NCBI GenBank assembly: GCA_034670305.1
Contig: JAXMNT010000002.1
Location: 128,001 to 192,000 of the forward strand
From: Deltaproteobacteria bacterium
Lineage (GTDB): Bacteria; Myxococcota_A; Polyangia; Polyangiales; Houyiibacteriaceae
Direction of reading: 5' to 3'
Length of the DNA stretch: 64,000 bases
A program made the translations under genes and the position numbers. Below, in pieces: positions 28,501 to 36,580 of this stretch (the stretch's first letter is position 1; every line of letters begins with the position of its first letter). Below the pieces are notes generated by a model. That model saw only the letters and a program-made list of their open reading frames with translations, was not told the origin of the DNA and did not search any database.

Positions 28501-30918
28501 CAAGAAGATCTCGGCGTGCTCTACGAGACCATTCTCAGCATCCATCCGGGTCATCCGGATGCGTTGCGGGGACTCGAAGCCGTCGCGCTCGCGATGCAAG
28601 ACCCGGCGCGCCTCGCCGACGCAGACCGCCGCTTGGCCCAGCTCGCGGACGACGCATCCGTGCGCGCGATGCACACCGCGCGCCTCGGAGAGTGCCTGGA
28701 GGCGCTCGGGCGCGAAGGCGCACTCGATGCGTTCCGCGAAGCGATTCGCTACGACCCGGAACATCTCGGCGCGACGCGTGGACTCAGCCGCATCGCCGCG
28801 CACCTCGACGACCCGGCGGTGCTCGCCGAAGCCGCGCGCCAGGAAGCCTCGGTGTCGCACGACCCAGCGACGATCGCGCGGCTGCTCGCGCAGAGCGCGG
28901 AGGTGCGCACCCACCGCCTGGGCGACATCGAAGGCGCGCTGGAAGATCTCGAACGTGGCCTCGAGACGTGCCCAGACTCCGAAGAAGCGGCCCACGGCCT
29001 GACGCGACTCTTGAGCGCGCGTGGCGAACCCGCGCGGCTCATCGATCGGCTCAGCCGGGCGGCCGGTTCCGCATCGCTCGGACATCGGTCCACCGAGCTC
29101 TGGCTCCAGATCGCCGACTTGCAGGCGGCACAGAACAACCTCGGTGGCGCGCTCGCCGCGCTGGACCGCATCCTGCGGAGCGCCTCGAACCACGTCCCAG
29201 CGCTTCGAAAGAGCGCGACGTTCCTCCAGCGCGATGGTCAATGGGCGGAAGCCGCCGCAGCCCTCGACCGGTTGGTCCGGCTCGCCCCCGATGAAACGGT
29301 CTTGGTGCAATCGCACCTCGAATTGGCCCAACTCTGGTCCACGAAGCTCGGGGACTCCAACCGAGCCCTCGTGAGCTTGCAGGCCGTGCTCACCATCGAC
29401 GCCGCGCATGTCGACGCGCTGCGCCAGCTCTCGGAGCTGCACGAACTCGAAGGCCGGCTCGACGAAGCCGCCGACGCGGTCTCCTTGCTGCTCGCCGAAC
29501 TCACCGGCGCGGAACGGGCACCCGACCTGGTCCGGCTGGCGCGCCTCGAGCGATCCCGCGACAACGACATCGCCGCCGTCGAGGCGCTTCGAGAGGCGGT
29601 CGCGTTCGAAGGCCCTGGCTCCGAGTCCGCGATCGAGTGCAAGGCGCTCTGCAACAGCACCGCGCAGTGGACGCAGTACCTGACCTCGCTCGAAACCCAC
29701 CTGAAGGGCCAAGCGCCCGAGTCCGCGTCGCTGACCTACCTCGAGATGGCGCGGGTGCTCTTCGACCAACTCGAGCGACCGGCCGAGTCGATCGACGTGC
29801 TCCAGCGCGGCCTGGAGTTGACCGGCGACACCCAGCTGCAGCGCGAGCTCGCGTTGCGCCTGCGCATGTCTGGTCGTCACGACGAAGCGGTCGAGACGCT
29901 GCAGCTCTTGGGCGCTGCCGAAGCCAGCCGCATCGACACCTGGCGGGAGCTGGTGCGCACGTACACCGAAGCGGGTCGACCCAACGAAGCGCGCCTGGCC
30001 GGAGACGCGTTGCGGCTCCTCGGCGCGGCGACCGAACGCGAGCAGTCCGTGCTTGGTCGCAACCCTCCCCGTCCCGGCGGCGCGCGGCCCGGTTCGCTCG
30101 CGCCGCTGCTCGATCGCCTGGGCAGCCCGAGCGCACGACAGACCGCGACCGGCAACCTGCTGCGCTCCCTCGAAGCGGCGCTCGCCAAGTTGTATCCGCC
30201 GGACCTGGAGAGTTACGGCCTCTCGAGCCGCGACAAACTCACGACCCGCGCCGGCAGCCCGCTCAAGCACCTCGCGGACCAGCTGGCCGCCATTCTCGGC
30301 GTCGAGTCGTACGAGCTCTACGTACACCGCGCGCGCACCCGCGGGCTCGGCCTGGAGCTCGGCACACCGTCCATGATCATCGTGCCGGCCGCGGTCGCCG
30401 AGTTGTCGAAGGCGCAGCAGGTGTTCCTGCTCGCGCGCCCGCTCGTCCACATCGCGCGCGGCTACTCCGCGGTCGACAAACTCACACCTCGCGAACTCGA
30501 GGTCTTGTTGGCCTCCGCCGCCCGCAACGTGCGGGCGGGCTACGGCGCCGGACTGACCAGCGAAGAGTTCTTGGACGACCAAGCCAAGCGGCTCTACAAG
30601 GCGCTCTCTCGCCGACAGCGCAAGGCCATGGAAGAAGCCGGCCGCGCGTACGTGGAGGCCGGGCGCGTCGACTTCGCCCGGTGGGTCCACAGCGCGCGCC
30701 GCACCAGCCACCGCGTGGCGGCGCTGCTGTCCGATGATCTCATGGCCACCATCGAGGTCCTTCGCCGCACCGAACGGGACCTCGCAGGCCTCGATGGCCC
30801 AGCCCTCGTCCGGTCTTCCGACACCGTCTCGGACCTGCTCACGTTCTGGGCGTCCAAGGCGGCCATGCACGTACGAAAACACACCGGGCTCTTGCAAGAC
30901 CCGAGCGCCCTGCCATGA
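25555..30918 (+). CDS. Giant TPR-repeat protein with Pro-rich N-terminus (myxobacterial type)
   Basis: 1787 aa of recurring A...Y..AL..DP....AL..L..L....RW..L repeats; strong GC3 bias in this frame. Confidence 0.88.
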   Translation: MSDERTESTMEVLLDDLEEEAAKAGKPEPTGAVPPPAPAAALKPSVPPPPPAAAARPASMPPPAPGARPKASAPPPPPAVPPTRPPPSSPGLVAAAPPPAGPPRAAPPASPKKAAPEFAPLSDVAAPVSDPAMSVELEEISDAFAEESIEAAKELVADCEAAIRATEDPRRLARLHFEIARLHESPIGDLRKAVAHYREALDRAPEHLPTLRGTRRVLIARRSFQAALQLFDDEVRITPDPARKAALVHQKGRVLEDVLGRKQDAGDAYATALELDPGNPVILRSLSDRYIEEKRWSDLERVLKQAANSVSDDPRHRAALVAWRARLAEREANDPEKATELYEIALRLDPRASGALAALKRLHHAHRRWRDLIRVLSVEAELTEQAEVATSALFRIGQLHSQRLGNRDEAITALERAVEFAPGDAIILDELARLYEEAGRWDALAKVLQQLTQTARDHTARLGLLHRIGDLYATRLNQEAGAIHWFAAALAIESTHLPTLQALAPLYTKAERWDALVQMYLDEAENASNGERRAAAYARIGDLMEGQLGEVGGAIEHHEKALATRPGYEPSFKALARLYASTGRHRELVDLHERAVDVSDPDRAVAHLMKVGQLHEEALADPANAAHAYKRILQFQPGNLGAIHALQRATETGGRFREHVEALEGEVERTQDLDRKVALLHRAGEVLEEKLGDREGALRRYRSVLDIAPAYPPVLQSLGRLYNSLGRWEDLLEVYRKELALDPSGTSAAGLLHRMGELCEHRIGREKDALDHYRKALDIEPTHGPALHALTRKLRAAERWEGLVEVLLVQLTGLSDPRTRARVACQVGEVREERIGDMKLALESYQQALKECPDHRPALDAVTRLRTKENGWAALAGDLQNESTASSDPLLKIDAAVRRGSLYAEELGEPRKAITAFEEVLGQDPTHLGALLALEELYRRVGAWEPLSRVLAAQANAFVDPLARIGALEARAALLSGRGVGTQEDLGVLYETILSIHPGHPDALRGLEAVALAMQDPARLADADRRLAQLADDASVRAMHTARLGECLEALGREGALDAFREAIRYDPEHLGATRGLSRIAAHLDDPAVLAEAARQEASVSHDPATIARLLAQSAEVRTHRLGDIEGALEDLERGLETCPDSEEAAHGLTRLLSARGEPARLIDRLSRAAGSASLGHRSTELWLQIADLQAAQNNLGGALAALDRILRSASNHVPALRKSATFLQRDGQWAEAAAALDRLVRLAPDETVLVQSHLELAQLWSTKLGDSNRALVSLQAVLTIDAAHVDALRQLSELHELEGRLDEAADAVSLLLAELTGAERAPDLVRLARLERSRDNDIAAVEALREAVAFEGPGSESAIECKALCNSTAQWTQYLTSLETHLKGQAPESASLTYLEMARVLFDQLERPAESIDVLQRGLELTGDTQLQRELALRLRMSGRHDEAVETLQLLGAAEASRIDTWRELVRTYTEAGRPNEARLAGDALRLLGAATEREQSVLGRNPPRPGGARPGSLAPLLDRLGSPSARQTATGNLLRSLEAALAKLYPPDLESYGLSSRDKLTTRAGSPLKHLADQLAAILGVESYELYVHRARTRGLGLELGTPSMIIVPAAVAELSKAQQVFLLARPLVHIARGYSAVDKLTPRELEVLLASAARNVRAGYGAGLTSEEFLDDQAKRLYKALSRRQRKAMEEAGRAYVEAGRVDFARWVHSARRTSHRVAALLSDDLMATIEVLRRTERDLAGLDGPALVRSSDTVSDLLTFWASKAAMHVRKHTGLLQDPSALP

Positions 30919-30924
30919 GTAGTG

Positions 30925-31003
30925 CTCCCCGCGGTGAAGCCAAGCGAAGCGAAGGCGCGTCACCGAGACGACGGGGTTTGGGGGCGGTGCCCCCAAGAAG
31001 TAC
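30925..31003. repeat. REP-like palindromic intergenic element
   Basis: CGGTGA...TCACCG stem enclosing GCGAAGCGAAG, then hairpin TTGGGGGC-GGT-GCCCCCAA. Confidence 0.6.
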
Positions 31004-31048
31004 TGGCTAGTCCGCGCCGACGCGTGGACCGTTGCGGAACGGAGATCG

Positions 31049-32335
31049 ATGGCGCGCGCACGAATCTTGGTGGTCGACGACAGCGCGACCGTGCGCCGCG
31101 TGGCGTGCCGAACGCTGCGCGACGCGGGCCACGACGTCAGCGAAGCCGAAGACGGTCAGGTCGGCATCGAACTCGCCCAGCGGGTGGTCCCGGATCTGGT
31201 GCTCCTCGATGCGGTCATGCCCAAGCTCGATGGCGAAGGGTTCTGCCGGGCGCTGCGGTCCATCTCCAATCTGCGCGACGTGCCGGTTGTGTTGATGAGC
31301 GCGCGCGCCGACAAAATCGCGCACCGGTTCATGGCCGTCACCGGGGCGGTGGATTCGATCGCGAAGCCGTTCGCACCGGAGGCACTGCTCGCGGTCGCCG
31401 CCCATGCACTGGAACGGGCGAAAGGCGAAGCGCCCGAGACAGAAGCGACCCCGGAAGACCGGGCGTCGGAGCGCGCCGCCCTCGCCGACCAACTGCGCGA
31501 GGTCCTCGAAGACGCGGGGGTCGAGTCCCTCGGCGCGCTGTCCGACGATGCGCTCGTTTCGCTGGCGGAGTCGCTCGGAGAGACGGTGCGCGGCGGCGAG
31601 TCCGCGTTCATGGGGCGGCTCGAGCACATCGCACTCGGCGAAGTGCTCCAAATGCTCCAACACCAGGTGCAGACCGGCGTGCTCCGGGTGCAGGACGACG
31701 AAGGACGGCGGGTGGAGGTGTGCCTGCGAGACGGCAACGTGGACGCAACGGTGGGGCGCCTCGGCAAAGTCGAGTTCCTGCTCGGCCGCTACCTCGTCGC
31801 CGAAGGCCTCGTCGATCCACGGGACCTGGAACGGCTGCTCGCACGCCGCTCCCAACGCACGCAAGAGACGAAGGGGGCCGACGAAGCGTTCCTCGGAACC
31901 CAGCTCATCAAGCTTGGGTACATCGGGCGGGACGACCTTGACCAAGCACTGACCCGACAGACGAGTGAGCTCATCTACGAGGCGCTCCGATGGCCGAGAG
32001 GCCGGTTCGAGTTCACCCGCTTCGCCACCCTCCCCGCGGGCACCGATGCGGCGCTCGCCCTCCCCGTCACGGCCATGCTGATGGAGGGATTGCGCCGGGT
32101 GGACGAGTGGAGGCTCATCGAAGAGCAAGTCACCAGTTTCGACCTCGTGCCTTCGGTGGATCGTCACGCGATGACCGCCGAGCAGCGCGAACGGATGACT
32201 CCGTCGGAGCGCACCGTGCTGGACGCGATCGACGGCCAACGAACCGTGCGTCAGATCATCGAAGAGACCCGCCTCGCGAGCTTCGAGGTCTGCAAGGTGC
32301 TCTACCAGCTCCTCAGCACAAGACTGGTTCGCTGA
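31049..32335 (+). CDS. Response regulator with DUF4388-like domain
   Basis: Intact receiver (VVDDS, LLDAVMP, MSA, KPF); G.LE...LGEVLQML...TG.L; ELIYEALRW..G.FEF; LMEGLRRVDEW. Confidence 0.9.
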   Translation: MARARILVVDDSATVRRVACRTLRDAGHDVSEAEDGQVGIELAQRVVPDLVLLDAVMPKLDGEGFCRALRSISNLRDVPVVLMSARADKIAHRFMAVTGAVDSIAKPFAPEALLAVAAHALERAKGEAPETEATPEDRASERAALADQLREVLEDAGVESLGALSDDALVSLAESLGETVRGGESAFMGRLEHIALGEVLQMLQHQVQTGVLRVQDDEGRRVEVCLRDGNVDATVGRLGKVEFLLGRYLVAEGLVDPRDLERLLARRSQRTQETKGADEAFLGTQLIKLGYIGRDDLDQALTRQTSELIYEALRWPRGRFEFTRFATLPAGTDAALALPVTAMLMEGLRRVDEWRLIEEQVTSFDLVPSVDRHAMTAEQRERMTPSERTVLDAIDGQRTVRQIIEETRLASFEVCKVLYQLLSTRLVR

Positions 32336-32365
32336 CTTCTTGCCGACGGGCTTCCCGTCGCTGGA

Positions 32366-34000
32366 TCAGATGCCGACGCTGATGCCGGCGGTGATGTCGA
32401 TGTTCAGGAGGAACGTCGGGAAGAGGATGTGGACCTCGGGCGTGACGAAGATGCCCACGTTCTTCATGAACCAGTAGCCCACCGTGCCGCCGATCTGGAC
32501 GCCGTTGAGACCGCTGATCATGTACGGCTCGTCGTCCCCGTTCTGACCCGGGTGCAACTGAATCTGGCCGTAGCTCGTGCCCACGAACGCGAGCGCTCGA
32601 ACCCCGACGTCTTCGGTGGGCTCGATGATGTTGGCACCGACCCGAAGTCCGATGAGGAAGTGGGAGAGCGATCCTTCGCCCGCGTCGATCTGGTAGCGGA
32701 AGGACGCGCCGATGATGAGCCGCTTGCCGAGGTTCACCTGCATGCTGAGCCGCGGGGCGTAGTTCACCAGGAGCCCGGGCTGCTCGAGCCGCACGCAGTA
32801 CTGGCTGTCCGGCAAGTCGCACAGGACGCCGTTGGAGTCTTCGGTGCCTCCCTGGACGTACGAGGCCGCTTGCGGCGCACCCGGATCGGCGGGCCCGGAG
32901 TCGGCGGGCTGGCCCGCGCTGGCGACGCCGAGGCCCAAGCTGAAGCCGACATCGAAGCTCACCATCCGGGCGAGTCCCGCGAAGAACCCTTCCCCGTCGT
33001 CTTCTTCGCCGCCTTCGCCCGCGATGCAGAAGTTGTCGTCGCACGCGAGGCCGCTGCGGCAGTCGGAGGTGCTCATGCAGGTGTCCCCGAGGCCAGCGTT
33101 GCCACCCGTCTCACACCCGGTCATGCCCGGCGGGCACTCGTTCTCGACGCACTGCGCCGGCGGCGCGTGGCCGGGGAGCGCGGGTGGAGGCTGGCTTCGG
33201 CTCGAGACGACCGGAACCGCGAACGGTTCCTCCGCGGTGCCGGCAAATCCCATCGGGCCACCATCGGAGTCGAACGCGACGATGTAGTACTCGATCCGCG
33301 GTGCCATGACTTCGGCACACGGCAGTTCGAGCCCGTACCCGCCACTCATCTCTTGCATGTCCATGCGGCGGAAATCGCGCATGCCGGGCGCCTTGTAGTA
33401 GACGACCAGGCTGCCGACCGGCGCCGACTCGGGCACCTCGACGAAGATCGGGAGCGCGGTGTTTCCGAGCTGCTCCGGCCACGGCTGGTGGGGAATCGCG
33501 CCGGGCCCACCACCACCGCCACCGCCGCCAGTGCCACCACCGCCGCCACCGCCACCGCCGCCAGTGCCACCACCGCCGCCACCGCCACCGCCGCCGCCGC
33601 CGCCGCCGCTACCCACGCGGCTTTGGGCCAGGCGGAAGACGGAGGAGATGTCGGGGCTGCTCGTCAGCGGGTCGAGCTGGACGTTCGGATCGGCCTCGAG
33701 CCCTTGCACGAAGTACTGCAAGCCCTGGCCGTTGTCGCCGAAGCCGCCGATGGAGACCACGCCGAGGTTGACGTAGGTCCGCCCCAACGGGGAGCCCGTC
33801 ACGTTGCCTCGTTCGGCCGCCTGAAGCGCCTCTTGAAGGAGCTCCATGGCCTGCTCGATTTCGAGGTTGTTGTAGGCCTCCATGCCCCGCCGGTTCAAGT
33901 CCAGCACGCGACGCAGCTGCGCCGAAGAAGGGCTTGCCCAGGTCAGGAGCATCATGAGGGCCGCTGCCCCCACCCACCACGATCGTCTCATCGAATCCAC
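32366..34000 (-). CDS. Exported protein: N-terminal TPR, poly-Gly linker, Cys-rich segment, C-terminal beta-strand (possible barrel) domain
   Basis: Signal peptide ending SPSSAQ; TPR-like; G-rich linker; ECPPGMTGC...C..TSDC.SGL.C....C; amphipathic C-terminal strands ending AGISVGI; start 34000 or 33991. Confidence 0.75.
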   Translation of the reverse strand: MDSMRRSWWVGAAALMMLLTWASPSSAQLRRVLDLNRRGMEAYNNLEIEQAMELLQEALQAAERGNVTGSPLGRTYVNLGVVSIGGFGDNGQGLQYFVQGLEADPNVQLDPLTSSPDISSVFRLAQSRVGSGGGGGGGGGGGGGGTGGGGGGGGGGTGGGGGGGGPGAIPHQPWPEQLGNTALPIFVEVPESAPVGSLVVYYKAPGMRDFRRMDMQEMSGGYGLELPCAEVMAPRIEYYIVAFDSDGGPMGFAGTAEEPFAVPVVSSRSQPPPALPGHAPPAQCVENECPPGMTGCETGGNAGLGDTCMSTSDCRSGLACDDNFCIAGEGGEEDDGEGFFAGLARMVSFDVGFSLGLGVASAGQPADSGPADPGAPQAASYVQGGTEDSNGVLCDLPDSQYCVRLEQPGLLVNYAPRLSMQVNLGKRLIIGASFRYQIDAGEGSLSHFLIGLRVGANIIEPTEDVGVRALAFVGTSYGQIQLHPGQNGDDEPYMISGLNGVQIGGTVGYWFMKNVGIFVTPEVHILFPTFLLNIDITAGISVGI

Positions 34001-34145
34001 CTCGAAGCTGTCGCTTCATAACAGGTTTTCGGGGCGAACGCCGAACGTTTGGACGAATCCGGTCCGGCGAGAAGCAAGCTGGGCCTGCGATTGTCGGTCG
34101 ATCGGGCGGTTCGCGAACCCACCCCGGGGGAGCGGGCCACGCCGG

Positions 34146-35324
34146 TCATGGGAGCTGGGATTGGCGGAACTGCTCGGCCGCCGCGTCGGTCCGTCGGAAC
34201 TCGACCCGGCGGTTCTCCGCACGGCCGGCCGGGGTGTTGTTCGTCTCGATGGGGCGGGTCTCGCCGTACCCCTGCGAAGTCATCCGACCCGGCGCGATGT
34301 TCTGCCGCAAGAGGTAGTCCCGGACCGCGCGGGCACGACGGTTCGAGAGGTCCATGTTGTAGTTGTCGCGTCCGCGGCTGTCCGTGTGGCCCTGGATCTC
34401 GACCGTGACGTCCGGGAAGTCCCGCAGGACCTGAGCCACCGTGTTCAGCAGCTCGAACGAATCGGGGAGGATGCGATCGCGGTTGGTGGCGAAATGCACC
34501 TTCTGAGTGATTCGAATCGCCGTCGCCGTGACCTGGACGTTCGCGTAGACGCGCGGGCAGCCGCGTTCGTCCGCAGGACCGGGCTCGTCCGGGCACTGGT
34601 CGTCCACGTCGAGGGTCGAGTCCCCGTCGTTGTCCGGGTCGGGGCAACCGTCTTCGTCCTGGAAGCCGTCGCGGTCCTCCGGTTCGATCACGCAGCGGTC
34701 GACGGTGTCGAGAACGCCGTCCAGATCGTCGTCTGGATCCGGACAGCCGTCCGCGTCCCCGCGCCCGTCCGCATCCTCGGGTTCGGTGACGCAGAGATCC
34801 CGCGCGTCGGGGATGCCGTCGCCATCGAGATCCTGGTCGTCGGGGCAGCCATCGGTGTCCTCGAACGCGTCGAAGTCCTCGGGCACCTCCGGGCAGGCGT
34901 CGTCTGGATCGAGGATGCCGTCCCCGTCCTGGTCGCCGGGCCTCGGCTCCGGCGCCCGTTCGGCCACGACCACGCCGCGAGGTGCGCAGCGATCCGCTGG
35001 GCTCAAGCGCAGCGCAGCGCGCGCGTTGGGCTCGGCGATCGAGTAGTGATCTTCTGCCCGCACCGGGTCGCCCTGCTGGAGTTCGTCCTCCGCGAAATCG
35101 AGGTGCGCCTTGGCAAGCGCCAACTCACGCGGGGCGCAGTGGTACGCGCCGTTGCGCTCGGCCTGCTCGACGACGTCGCGCAGGCCTCCGATGCGGCCGC
35201 GCACCATCGTGGCGCGCTGGCAGGCCCCGAGAAGGGCCGTGGTGCCCAGGAGCAGGCAAACCCACCCGAAGCGACTGCGTTTCGAACAGCCAACACCTCG
35301 CCCACCGAACGACGGCAGGGTCAC
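34146..35324 (-). CDS. OmpA-family lipoprotein with DUF4398-like N-terminus and TSP3-like Ca-binding repeats
   Basis: Lipobox LGAC; GA..CAP.ELALA; DxDGDG..D..D.CP repeats; IQGHTDSRG, NMDLS.RRA.AV, GYGE..P, NRRVEF. Confidence 0.93.
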   Translation of the reverse strand: MTLPSFGGRGVGCSKRSRFGWVCLLLGTTALLGACQRATMVRGRIGGLRDVVEQAERNGAYHCAPRELALAKAHLDFAEDELQQGDPVRAEDHYSIAEPNARAALRLSPADRCAPRGVVVAERAPEPRPGDQDGDGILDPDDACPEVPEDFDAFEDTDGCPDDQDLDGDGIPDARDLCVTEPEDADGRGDADGCPDPDDDLDGVLDTVDRCVIEPEDRDGFQDEDGCPDPDNDGDSTLDVDDQCPDEPGPADERGCPRVYANVQVTATAIRITQKVHFATNRDRILPDSFELLNTVAQVLRDFPDVTVEIQGHTDSRGRDNYNMDLSNRRARAVRDYLLRQNIAPGRMTSQGYGETRPIETNNTPAGRAENRRVEFRRTDAAAEQFRQSQLP

Positions 35325-35636
35325 TCAGCGACCCTGCCCACGCATGTTTCGGCGTGCGAGATCCCGAGCCTTCACCGCAAACTCTTCCGCGATCTTCGCG
35401 TGGCGAATCGCATCCTGGTACTCGGCCTCGCCCGCCTCTTCCCGCGCTTCCTGCAGGTGGGCTTCGGCGTAGTAGTACTCGTAGGGCGCATGCTCGGCCG
35501 CCCCGGCTTCCTCGGCCTCGTGGACCGAACGCGACGCGGGCAGCAAGTGGATGGTGTAGAAGGTCGGGCCACAACCGGCCGCCAACGTCCACAGCACCAC
35601 TGCCATCCATCGTGGGAGTCGCCGGATTGCCCGCAC
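35325..35636 (-). CDS. Small DUF4398-like lipoprotein
   Basis: Lipobox LAAGC; A...GA...APYEYY.AE.HL..AREE....EYQ.A; abuts the OmpA gene; start GTG 35636 or ATG 35606 (upstream ORF extension is repeat DNA). Confidence 0.85.
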   Translation of the reverse strand: MRAIRRLPRWMAVVLWTLAAGCGPTFYTIHLLPASRSVHEAEEAGAAEHAPYEYYYAEAHLQEAREEAGEAEYQDAIRHAKIAEEFAVKARDLARRNMRGQGR

Positions 35637-35642
35637 AGAGTA

Positions 35643-35672
35643 GACGTACTCGTCGGTCGAGAGCGCTGTCAA
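35643..35672 (-). promoter_or_regulatory. Candidate sigma70 promoter for the DUF4398-ompA operon
   Basis: Minus strand TTGACA-N18-TACGTC-N6-GTG; perfect -35, weak -10; would give a leaderless mRNA. Confidence 0.4.
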
Positions 35673-35965
35673 GCGCCGAAGACCGACGAAGTGCACAGCA
35701 CTTCGCGCGAAGCGAAGTTGGGGAGGAGGCCGGAGGGGCTTTGCCCCGCAGGCCGGAGGGGGATGCGCCCATCCCCCTCGGACAACAAACGTTGGGGAGG
35801 AGGCCGGAGGGGCTTTGCCCCGCAGGCCGGAGGGGGATGCGCCCATCCCCCTCGGACAACAAACGTTGGGGAGGAGGCCGGAGGGGCTTTGCCCCGCAGG
35901 CCGGAGGGGGATGCGCCCATCCCCCTCGGACAACAAACGGTCGAGAGCGCTGTCAAGCGCCGAAG
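35654..35965. repeat. Three identical 74-bp tandem units (35717-35790, 35791-35864, 35865-35938) bracketed by an exact 28-bp direct repeat (35654-35681, 35938-35965)
   Basis: Unit GTTGGGGAGGAGGCCGGAGGGGCTTTGCCCCGCAGGCCGGAGGGGGATGCGCCCATCCCCCTCGGACAACAAAC; flank CGGTCGAGAGCGCTGTCAAGCGCCGAAG. Confidence 0.97.
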
Positions 35966-36025
35966 CCCGCGGCGCCAGTGAATACCGCCCCACCGGGCAC
36001 GTGGTCGTACTATGCTCGACCCCCG

Positions 36026-36580
36026 GTGCCGCTGCCGACCCTCATCTGCCTGGTCTTTGCCACGGGCATTGCTTCCGCCCTCGCTGGGCGCGTCGAACTG
36101 CGTGTCAGTCCAAGGCCGTCCCTTCTGACCACCAGTTTCGGGGCATTCGCGGTCTTCGCCGCGCTCGTGGCGATCCCGATCGGCTGCTACTTCTACGTCT
36201 TCCACGGCGACTGGTTTCTGCTCTACACGATCGACGTGCGGCGAATTCCCTCCGCGTTGGCGCTCGTGGGATTCGTGCTGCTCGGCGGCATCGGCGCGCT
36301 GGGCTTCGCGGTGGGTGCGAGCATGGTGCGGGGACAACGCGACACCCTTGGCGGCGCGCTCGTCGGCCTGAGCGCGCTGGCGGGCATCGCCGTGATCCTC
36401 GTCGCCAAAGACCGCCTCGCGCTCGTTGGCACCTTCGGCCAGTACGAAGGCGGCTTCGGACTGCACTCCTTCGGCACCGGACCACTCGTGCAAGGCACGA
36501 TCGTGATGAGCGCGATCCTGTTCGTCGGGATCGTCTTCTTGCTCTACCGCCTGTTGCTGAGCGGCCGCCGCGTCAGTTGA
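36026..36580 (+). CDS. Integral membrane protein of unknown function
   Basis: About five hydrophobic segments; YFYVFHGDWFLLY motif; typical codon bias; GTG start inferred. Confidence 0.8.
   Translation: MPLPTLICLVFATGIASALAGRVELRVSPRPSLLTTSFGAFAVFAALVAIPIGCYFYVFHGDWFLLYTIDVRRIPSALALVGFVLLGGIGALGFAVGASMVRGQRDTLGGALVGLSALAGIAVILVAKDRLALVGTFGQYEGGFGLHSFGTGPLVQGTIVMSAILFVGIVFLLYRLLLSGRRVS

Noticed and set aside
33505-33610. CCG/CCA triplet tract as a separate element
   Set aside because: Explained as the poly-Gly linker of the 32366-34000 protein
35717-35938. CRISPR array
   Set aside because: Units are identical end to end with no unique spacers, and no cas genes are in the window
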